DNA from: a virus
Lineage: Duplodnaviria; Heunggongvirae; Uroviricota; Caudoviricetes
Direction: 5' to 3' (one strand)
DNA length: 13,415 nucleotides
IMG/VR virus record: IMGVR_UViG_2654587746_000003
Coordinates: 1-13,415 of that record
A model generated the notes under the pieces. It saw nothing but the letters and a program-made list of their open reading frames with translations. It was not told where the DNA came from and made no database searches. Positions within the stretch are counted from its first letter, which is position 1. Every line of letters starts with the position of its first letter. The translations under genes and the position numbers were made by a program. This document shows positions 1-5,805 of the stretch, piece by piece.

Positions 1-290
1 GTGTTGCATTGACAGATTGAATCTACAGTAGCCTTTTTTAATATTTCATTTTCCATTTCAATACGTTGTAGCTTTTTCCTGAGCTCACGGATTTCAATTT
101 GTTCCGGGGTAATGGGGGAGGCTTTTGGTGTTTTTCCCTGCCGCTCATCACGTAATTGTTTCACCCATCGCGTCATTGTGGAAAGGCCGACATCCATAGC
201 GCTGGCTGCATCTGCCACGGTGTAATTCTGGTCAACGACCAGTTGAGCGGATTCGCGTTTAAACTCTGCGCTGAAATTTCTTTTTTTCAT
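1..290 (-). CDS. IS3-family transposase OrfA (helix-turn-helix / leucine-zipper protein), partial; C-terminus lies outside window
   Basis: Reverse-strand translation from ATG (complement of 288-290) gives [88 protein letters not shown]..., which I recognise as the IS911/IS3-group OrfA N-terminus. Not in the ORF track because it runs off the window edge. Confidence 0.8.
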   Translation of the reverse strand, partial: MKKRNFSAEFKRESAQLVVDQNYTVADAASAMDVGLSTMTRWVKQLRDERQGKTPKASPITPEQIEIRELRKKLQRIEMENEILKKATVDSICQCN

Positions 291-362
291 TATGGCACCT
301 GTGTTGTTCTGAGGTGAGCATATCACCTCTGTTCAGGTGGCCAAATTCAGTAAACCACTTCA
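1..362 (-). mobile_element. IS3-family (IS911-like) insertion sequence, terminal part only; element continues beyond window start
   Basis: Minus-strand orfA starts at 290. Upstream of it the element ends at 355-362 (CCACTTCA on + strand, i.e. 5'-TGAAGTGG on the IS strand), the TG...CA terminus typical of IS3-family inverted repeats. Exact boundary is +/- a few bp from memory of the IS911 end. Confidence 0.75.
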
Positions 363-676
363 GAGGGAAACGTTCAAAAGCAACCGCCGGGAAAATGAAG
401 GCTGAAGGGCAGAAAAAAGGTTATCCGGACATGAGTCTCGATAAAGCATGCGGTATTTATCACGGCATGCGAATTGAGCTTAAAGAACCAAATGGTAAAG
501 CCCCGACGAAAGAGCAGATCGCCTGGATGCGCAGGCTTAGAGAGGAAGGTTACTACGTCGTTCTTGCGTATGGTGCAGAACAAGCGATAACCGCCATCCT
601 GGAATACATAAGCCTTAAAAAGGGTGAGGCTATTGAGCATGTATTGAACGGCGACAAGTGGTTGTATGCTGCTTAA
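363..676 (+). CDS. VRR-NUC domain nuclease (PD-(D/E)xK fold), apparently 5'-truncated by the IS insertion; possibly a pseudogene
   Basis: Frame continuous with ORF 314..676, but 314-362 is IS terminal repeat, so the GTG at 314 is not a real start. The remaining protein has GYPDM...IELK (PD-ExK core) and a conserved VRR-NUC C-terminal half (PTKEQIAWMRRLREEGYYVVLAYGAEQAI). The usual ~30-40 aa N-terminal segment is missing. First in-frame ATG is 395, with a weak RBS. Confidence 0.6.
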
Positions 677-732
677 AATAATAAATTAATTAGTGCATAT
701 GTGCTCTTTGATATAGCGCACATTAACATCGG

Positions 733-898
733 GAGAATAATCGTGTCATTCAAGGCTAATTATGAATCGCTGGCATCGATCATGCCGCGTAATGAACAGG
801 AAGCAGATGCTGTAGTGGACCCGGTAATCGCTGAAATGAATGCTCGCCTGGAGGCTGAATTTGCAGCTGAGAATGAACATACCACCCAGGGCGACTAG
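733..898 (+). CDS. hypothetical small acidic protein (54 aa)
   Basis: GTG at 733 preceded by GGGAGA (721-726). Frame is that of ORF 701..898. No recognisable domain. Overlaps the next gene by about 26 nt. Confidence 0.3.
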
Positions 899-1502
899 GA
901 CTGTTTTTTGTGTCGGTAGCGGTCCGTCACTCACTCGTGAGGACTGTGCTGCTATAGAAAAAACTGGCTGTTCAATCATCGCGGTTAACAATTCCTGGCA
1001 GATGTTCGATGACATTTATGCCTTATACGCCGGTGATTTGTCATGGTGGAAGCAATACGGATCCACCATACCGGGAGGGAGATTCCGCAAAGTGACAGCC
1101 AACCTGGCGGCGGCGAAATCATTTTCGTTGGAGTACAGGCGATATTGTGGACCGGCGGAAGGGGTAAATAGCGGCGCGCAGGCTATCAGTCTGGCTGCTG
1201 AATCAGGGGCTGAAGTAGTGGTATTAGTCGGCTATGACTGTTCTCTGCAAAACGGCCTTCATTGGCATGGCGCGCACCCTCAAGCCCTACGGAATCCAAC
1301 GCAGGTGTCTATTTCAAAATGGCAACAGCAGTTCCTGGATACCCGCAAAAAACACGCAGATTTACATATTTTGAATGCAAGTAGGAGCAGTGCAATTCAA
1401 TGTTTCCCAAGAATAAATTTAGAGGCAGTGATCGCGTTATTATCGTCGGCAGTGGCCCAAGCGCCGCAAACTTTGTTGCGCCGCGCGGAGTGCCGATTAT
1501 AG
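873..1502 (+). CDS. DUF115 / GT42 (CstII-, Maf-like) Rossmann-fold protein, putative glycosyl- or nucleotidyl-transferase, paralog A
   Basis: N-terminal VFCVGSGPSL (GxGPS loop), IIAVNNSW, then VNSGAQAISLAAESGAEVVVLVGYD. This matches the motif order of CstII-type sialyltransferases and DUF115 proteins (IAGNGPSL ... ITSGVYMCAVAIALGY..YLSGID). Start taken at ATG 873 (MNIPP...); ATG 840 is the alternative. Confidence 0.55.
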   Translation: MNIPPRATRTVFCVGSGPSLTREDCAAIEKTGCSIIAVNNSWQMFDDIYALYAGDLSWWKQYGSTIPGGRFRKVTANLAAAKSFSLEYRRYCGPAEGVNSGAQAISLAAESGAEVVVLVGYDCSLQNGLHWHGAHPQALRNPTQVSISKWQQQFLDTRKKHADLHILNASRSSAIQCFPRINLEAVIALLSSAVAQAPQTLLRRAECRL

Positions 1503-2026
1503 CGGTCAATGGGGCCATCGACTGGCTTAACCGCGCTTCTTATTTTTTCACCCTTGATCCATCGCCAGACAATATGCGGCGCGTTGGTCGTGGCCGCCGT
1601 CGCCGTGGTGTTTGTTATTGCATGGCGCTACCCGATGTTAAAGAACGTGAGGTCAGAGACGGCGTTCTGTGCTTCCGTCGTGTGGCTGAGCGCGGCACGG
1701 AGCCAAAAAATACGAATTCTCCCGAGTGGTGGGCGTGGCGCTGGTCCGCACATTTCGGCCTTTGCGAAGATGAGAATGAAATTGCCAGCGGCAATAGTGC
1801 ATATGGTGCTCTGAACCTGGCTTTCCATATCGGATTCAAACATGTAGCCCTGGTGGGCGTTGACGCTACGCAAGAACCACGCGTTCATTCCGGCGGCACG
1901 CCAAAAAATCTAAGTCACCTGCCTTTGTTATTCCAGTCTGCGCGTGAACAGATTGACGTTGTTTCATGCGGGAAAATGGGAGGTATTCCGCAGATGACTC
2001 TTAAAGAATGGCTGAAGAATACATGA
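1400..2026 (+). CDS. DUF115 / GT42-like Rossmann-fold protein, paralog B
   Basis: [25 protein letters not shown], and [24 protein letters not shown] give the same motif order as paralog A. AGGAG at 1383-1387. Overlaps paralog A by 103 nt out of frame. Stop TGA 2024-2026 overlaps the start of the next gene. Confidence 0.6.
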   Translation: MFPKNKFRGSDRVIIVGSGPSAANFVAPRGVPIIAVNGAIDWLNRASYFFTLDPSPDNMRRVGRGRRRRGVCYCMALPDVKEREVRDGVLCFRRVAERGTEPKNTNSPEWWAWRWSAHFGLCEDENEIASGNSAYGALNLAFHIGFKHVALVGVDATQEPRVHSGGTPKNLSHLPLLFQSAREQIDVVSCGKMGGIPQMTLKEWLKNT

Positions 2027-2700
2027 TGGCACCCACAATTTATCACCGTATCGACGGTACCAAATACAGGAATGTCTGGGTTGTTGGTGATCTGCATGGT
2101 TGCTACACCAGACTGATGTCCGAACTCCATCGTGTGGATTTTGACCCGGCGCAGGATTTACTGATATCGGTCGGCGACCTTATCGATCGCGGTACTGAAA
2201 ATGTCGAATGTCTGGAACTATTGCAGATGCCCTGGTTCAGGGCAGTGATGGGGAACCATGAGCGGCTGATGATTGATGCGTTAAGTCCAGATGGCAACGT
2301 GAATAACTGGCTAATGAATGGCGGACAATGGTTCTTCATGCTGGACACTGATCAGGAAATATTAGCCTGGGCGCTGGTGGAGCTGGTAAAGCGTCTGCCC
2401 TATATCATTGAGTTGAACACCGGGCAAGAAACTATCGTTATAGCCCATGCCGACTATCCGGATAATGAATACCAATTCGGTAAGGAGGTACCGCTTTTCA
2501 ACGTTGTCTGGGCGCGCGAGCGTATCAGTGATTCGATGGATGATATTGGTGGCGAAATTTCGGGCGCAGATCGTTTTATCTTTGGTCACACTCCGGTGAA
2601 AAGCCCGAAGACATTCTGGAATCAGCAGTATATCGACACTGGTGCCGTATTTTGCGGAAACCTGACATTGATGAAAGTGAAAGGTGATGGTGCAGCATGA
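2023..2700 (+). CDS. Ser/Thr protein phosphatase, calcineurin-like metallophosphoesterase (lambda PPase / PrpA-PrpB family)
   Basis: Motifs GDLHG, GDLIDRG and GNHE in the canonical order. N-terminus [22 protein letters not shown] aligns with lambda phosphatase as I remember it. Start ATG 2023 or 2026 (ATGATG overlapping the upstream stop). P1 also encodes a phosphatase (ppp), but I cannot confirm orthology. Confidence 0.85.
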   Translation: MMAPTIYHRIDGTKYRNVWVVGDLHGCYTRLMSELHRVDFDPAQDLLISVGDLIDRGTENVECLELLQMPWFRAVMGNHERLMIDALSPDGNVNNWLMNGGQWFFMLDTDQEILAWALVELVKRLPYIIELNTGQETIVIAHADYPDNEYQFGKEVPLFNVVWARERISDSMDDIGGEISGADRFIFGHTPVKSPKTFWNQQYIDTGAVFCGNLTLMKVKGDGAA

Positions 2701-3398
2701 AGATTGCTTTAGTTTTTCGCTCTGGTGGTGACTATAACGCTTCCGATGTGCAGTGGCTGGTTAATCAACTGCCAAAAGGCTATGAAATTATTTGCCTGAC
2801 AGACCTGAAGCGTTTACATGTACCTGGCGTCAAAGTTGTCCCATTGATCAACCAGTGGCAAAAGTGCCGTGGCTGGTGGGCGAAAATCGAGTTGTTCCGA
2901 CCGGATATAACCGATGATCTGTTCTATCTGGATTTGGACACGGTTATTGCCGGTGATATACGCCCAATCCTAGAGCATCCACCAACCAGCTTCACCATGC
3001 TTAGGGATTTTTACCATCCACAATATCGTGGCAGCGGTGCCCTGTGGATACCAAATAGTGTTAAAGCGCATATCTGGAGTTCATTCTGGCAAGATCCGGA
3101 AGGTTGGATTTCTCGTTGTGTCACTACTGAGTGCTGGGGTGACCAGGGGTTCTTACGAAAGGTTATGGGCGATGATACACCAGCATTTCAGGATCTGTAT
3201 CCAGGATGGTTTGTAAGTTACAAGGCCGATGTTGTGGAACCTGGTTCAAAATATGCGAGCGCGCGTTACTCCAGGGGGAATGGGGCATTACCAAAAGACT
3301 GCCGAATAATCTTTTTCCACGGCAAACCGCGACCTCGCGAAGTGTCAGAGGATTGGCTTCCCCTTATCAGCTCATTTTTTGAGCGAGAATCAGAATAA
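2697..3398 (+). CDS. GT8-like (GT-A fold, DxD) glycosyltransferase, putative
   Basis: ATGA overlap with the phosphatase stop. [29 protein letters not shown] resembles the GT8 signature (K..L...L.....YLDxDxxV.GDI). Later DQGFL and FFHGKPRP resemble the GT8 DQD..N and H.G..KPW motifs. Motif-level only. Confidence 0.5.
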   Translation: MKIALVFRSGGDYNASDVQWLVNQLPKGYEIICLTDLKRLHVPGVKVVPLINQWQKCRGWWAKIELFRPDITDDLFYLDLDTVIAGDIRPILEHPPTSFTMLRDFYHPQYRGSGALWIPNSVKAHIWSSFWQDPEGWISRCVTTECWGDQGFLRKVMGDDTPAFQDLYPGWFVSYKADVVEPGSKYASARYSRGNGALPKDCRIIFFHGKPRPREVSEDWLPLISSFFERESE

Positions 3399-3399
3399 T

Positions 3400-3416
3400 A
3401 TTGCTCTAATAATTCC
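3400..3416 (+). promoter_or_regulatory. P1 C1-repressor operator-like site overlapping a sigma70-like promoter
   Basis: ATTGCTCTAATAATTCC matches the remembered C1 operator consensus ATTGCTCTAATAAATTT at 14/17. TTGCTC (3401-3406), 17-bp spacer, TAAAAC (3424-3429) gives promoter-like spacing. Confidence 0.55.
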
Positions 3417-3447
3417 ATATTTTTAAAACGTGATGTACACTCATCAC

Positions 3448-3464
3448 ATTTTTTATTAGAGCAA
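3448..3464 (-). promoter_or_regulatory. second C1-operator-like site, inverted orientation
   Basis: Reverse complement of 3448-3464 is ATTGCTCTAATAAAAAA (14/17 to consensus). Forms a 13-bp inverted repeat with the 3400 site. Lies between the putative start site and the RBS (AAGGTG, 3470-3475) of the 3480 gene. Confidence 0.5.
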
Positions 3465-3479
3465 TCTACAAGGTGCACT

Positions 3480-3698
3480 ATGTGGCCATTCCGACGGAAA
3501 TATCACTACTGGCTGATCGCCTTTGTTACGCCGACCGGCGGTATCAGGCATGTAATCACCAGGTATCGCAACAAGAGACTCACCTTAGCCAGAATTTTAC
3601 AGGCTGCCATAGGTGAGGGACTGGATACAAATCGCGTAGTCCTTCCACCTTCATACTTAGGAAAAATGACCGAAGCACAAGCTAATACGGAACTTTGA
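3480..3698 (+). CDS. hypothetical protein (72 aa)
   Basis: ATG 3480 with AAGGTG RBS. Stop TGA 3696-3698 is 1 nt from ATG 3700 of the next gene (coupling). No recognisable domain. Confidence 0.45.
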   Translation: MWPFRRKYHYWLIAFVTPTGGIRHVITRYRNKRLTLARILQAAIGEGLDTNRVVLPPSYLGKMTEAQANTEL

Positions 3699-3699
3699 A

Positions 3700-4962
3700 A
3701 TGAGCACTTCAGCACAAAACCAATCAATCGAAAATGTATCTATCCCTGACGTCCTGAATGCCGGTATCCCAGCCATTATCCAGAACATCCGGGCCGCGCA
3801 ACGCCGCGTTAGTTGTGATGACCTCACAGCGCGTTTTTTTGATAATGCGGTTCAGTCAGCGGAGATGCTTCACGCACAGCTTATTGATGTTTATAACGCA
3901 GAAGCTGATAGCCATAACTCCCTGGTAGATGCAGCTGAAAATATGCAGTTGGATCTCGGTCTGAAGGGTAAAGAAATTGAAGAGCTTCAGCTACAAATTG
4001 AACATTTGAAACGCCAGCAACAGGACGCGATCGACGATGCGACGCATGACGCCAACCAGCGTGCTGATAATGCCGAACGTATAAGCATTGAGCTGGAAAC
4101 AAAACTCAATGAAATGACCGCGATGGTTGAACTGCGGAACTCACAGATTTCAACGCTAAAATCTCAATATAAAGAGATCATGAAACTTGATCCTTTTAAC
4201 CTTGAGAAACGCTATAACAAAGCTAAAAGCGAGCGACAGGAACTGCGTAAGCAGGTCGCCGACCTTAACCAACAGCTCAAAAAAACTATTAAAGATGCAA
4301 GCGAAGCGCGCGTGGCATTTGCTAATAAAAAAGCAGAGGTTACCGCGCTGGTTAATGAGAATGCCAAATTTGCGACGCTCAAGAAGGAAATGTATGGCAT
4401 TACTGAGCGCCGTTTCCCTGCAAGCAAACTTCATCCGACGTTAGGGCAAATCTCCTTCTTCCCGCGCCTCCTGGCTTATGGGATCTCATCGCCTAAAGAG
4501 TTCAATAACGAGCGTCCTTATATCGTTTCTAAGCTGGACTTTGCTTATCAGTTCTGCTGCGACATGGGCTATGCCATTGATATCCGAATCAACGAATGGT
4601 TGATGCCAAACTTCCAGCCGTTGGCAATTTTCCGCGAGTTCCAGCCGGAAGGTTGGGTAGAGTTCTTCCATGAATTGATCTGTAAAGAGATGGAAAGCCG
4701 CCGCCCGGAATTGGTCCGTCGAGTTGAGTGGGCGCAAGAGGTTATGTTGGCAGATGCAGAGCTGCCGTTCGAACCGGAATTCATTGATGATCTGGCAACT
4801 AAAGGGTTGCATACCCTGTTTGATGTGGTTACCCGCCGTCATGAGCAGTTGGTTGTCGAATTGGGTTTAGAGGAAACTGCGGCAAGAAGACTTCTCGATG
4901 TTTGCTATGCACGTAGCGAGGCATGGGAAAAAGAGAACGGCGGCACTATTTACGTTCGCTGA
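3700..4962 (+). CDS. hypothetical protein (420 aa): N-terminal ~230-aa predicted coiled coil, C-terminal globular domain of unknown function
   Basis: Long ORF. N-terminal half is heptad-like and charged (ELQLQIEHLKRQQQDAIDD...RQELRKQVADLNQQLKK). C-terminal half is aromatic and Cys-containing (ERPYIVSKLDFAYQFCCDMGYAIDIRINEW...). No motif I can assign. Confidence 0.7.
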   Translation: MSTSAQNQSIENVSIPDVLNAGIPAIIQNIRAAQRRVSCDDLTARFFDNAVQSAEMLHAQLIDVYNAEADSHNSLVDAAENMQLDLGLKGKEIEELQLQIEHLKRQQQDAIDDATHDANQRADNAERISIELETKLNEMTAMVELRNSQISTLKSQYKEIMKLDPFNLEKRYNKAKSERQELRKQVADLNQQLKKTIKDASEARVAFANKKAEVTALVNENAKFATLKKEMYGITERRFPASKLHPTLGQISFFPRLLAYGISSPKEFNNERPYIVSKLDFAYQFCCDMGYAIDIRINEWLMPNFQPLAIFREFQPEGWVEFFHELICKEMESRRPELVRRVEWAQEVMLADAELPFEPEFIDDLATKGLHTLFDVVTRRHEQLVVELGLEETAARRLLDVCYARSEAWEKENGGTIYVR

Positions 4963-4981
4963 TAGTTACAGTGTCACTTTT

Positions 4982-5017
4982 AATGCTGGTGGAGTGCTCC
5001 CACCAGCATTTTTTTCG
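4982..5017 (+). terminator. rho-independent terminator
   Basis: AATGCTGGTGGAG (4982-4994), short loop, CTCCCACCAGCATT (4997-5010), then TTTTTTT (5010-5016); 20 nt after the 420-aa stop. Confidence 0.8.
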
Positions 5018-5034
5018 TCCAATGAGGAGGGCAT

Positions 5035-5541
5035 TTGAGTATTTTCAATAAACACGCACACCAGGAACGTCCGTACATCGTCATAGTAGATATTGATGGG
5101 ACGATATCAGAGGCAACGGAAGACAGGCTGCATTTACTTCCACCACCTGGCAAAGGTGCATTAACAGAGCACTGGAACGAGTTTAACCTTGCCTGTGACA
5201 CTGATGCTCCCATCACTCCAGTTATTGATATGGTGCGCCAGTTGTCCGGCATTTACACCCTCTGGTTTGTAACCGGGCGCTGTGAGATAGCCAGGGATAA
5301 AACACGAGCCTGGTTGCGTAAGCACGTAACAAATGGGGCTGAGCCTTTGCTATCTATGCGTCCTGCCACCGATGACAGAAATGACGGTCCAGCAAAGATT
5401 GATCTCCTGAAGAAAATTGGTCTAAGTAAAATTGCGTTCGCGCTGGAAGATAAGATTGAAGTGGCGCGTGTTTTCAGGAGTCACGGCGTACTTACGTTAA
5501 TGGTCAGGGAGTATGAAAACGCGCTTCTCCATCAACAATAA
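5035..5541 (+). CDS. HAD-superfamily phosphatase (DxDGT motif I), nucleotidase / polynucleotide 3'-phosphatase-like
   Basis: TTG 5035 preceded by GAGGAGG (5024-5030). IVIVDIDGTIS is HAD motif I; a later WFVTGR is motif II-like. Exact start uncertain. Confidence 0.65.
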   Translation: MSIFNKHAHQERPYIVIVDIDGTISEATEDRLHLLPPPGKGALTEHWNEFNLACDTDAPITPVIDMVRQLSGIYTLWFVTGRCEIARDKTRAWLRKHVTNGAEPLLSMRPATDDRNDGPAKIDLLKKIGLSKIAFALEDKIEVARVFRSHGVLTLMVREYENALLHQQ

Positions 5542-5571
5542 TTACTCTAATAAATCTTGATTTTTAAAACA
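5541..5571 (+). promoter_or_regulatory. C1-operator-like site plus promoter-like -35/-10
   Basis: ATTACTCTAATAAATCT (5541-5557) is 15/17 to the C1 consensus. TTACTC, 17-bp spacer, TAAAAC (5565-5570) has the same architecture as the 3400 element, including the shared ATTTTTAAAAC. Confidence 0.5.
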
Positions 5572-5639
5572 GAGAAAATGAAAATAAAAACATGCCGCAA
5601 GGCGCGGCATGTATCCAATCAATCTCAGGAGCTGAAAAT

Positions 5640-5726
5640 ATGAACACGGCATTCAAAATCATTATGGCCGCGATCTATTTCTGGCTGTTCTCTATCACTT
5701 TTGGCAGCATTGTCGCGCATGGGTAA
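5640..5726 (+). CDS. small hydrophobic peptide (28 aa, one predicted transmembrane helix), not in ORF track
   Basis: AGGAG (5627-5631), 8-nt spacer, ATG 5640. Translation MNTAFKIIMAAIYFWLFSITFGSIVAHG, stop TAA 5724-5726. Confidence 0.45.
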   Translation: MNTAFKIIMAAIYFWLFSITFGSIVAHG

Positions 5727-5805
5727 GGGGAGTATATTAGCCATTTGGAACCCCACGGTCTCTTGCGGGTTTAATTAAGAACCCGCAAGAAAAATACGAA
5801 TTGGG

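Noticed and set aside
314-362. GTG start at 314 for the VRR-NUC ORF
   Set aside because: This segment is the IS terminal inverted repeat. The ORF extension is a reading-frame accident across the insertion junction.
840-872. ATG 840 as the start of DUF115 paralog A
   Set aside because: It would add 11 residues and a longer overlap with the upstream small ORF. ATG 873 places the GxGPS loop at the usual distance from the N-terminus. Not excluded.
4486-4842. Minus-strand ORF of 118 aa, and other antisense ORFs inside the 420-aa gene, hsdR, hsdS and hsdM
   Set aside because: They lie wholly within and antisense to longer ORFs with clear domain content or coupling, and have no convincing ribosome-binding sites.
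5578-5643. 21-codon mini-ORF (MKIKTCRKARHVSNQSQELKI) ending in a TGA that overlaps the ATG of the hydrophobic peptide gene
   Set aside because: Weak ribosome-binding site and it starts at the predicted transcription start. More likely untranslated leader, though a leader-peptide role cannot be excluded.
5762-5789. Hairpin between the small peptide gene and the hsdR stop, considered as a bidirectional terminator
   Set aside because: A 10-bp stem is present, but no U-tract follows it on either strand, so it is not called as an intrinsic terminator.
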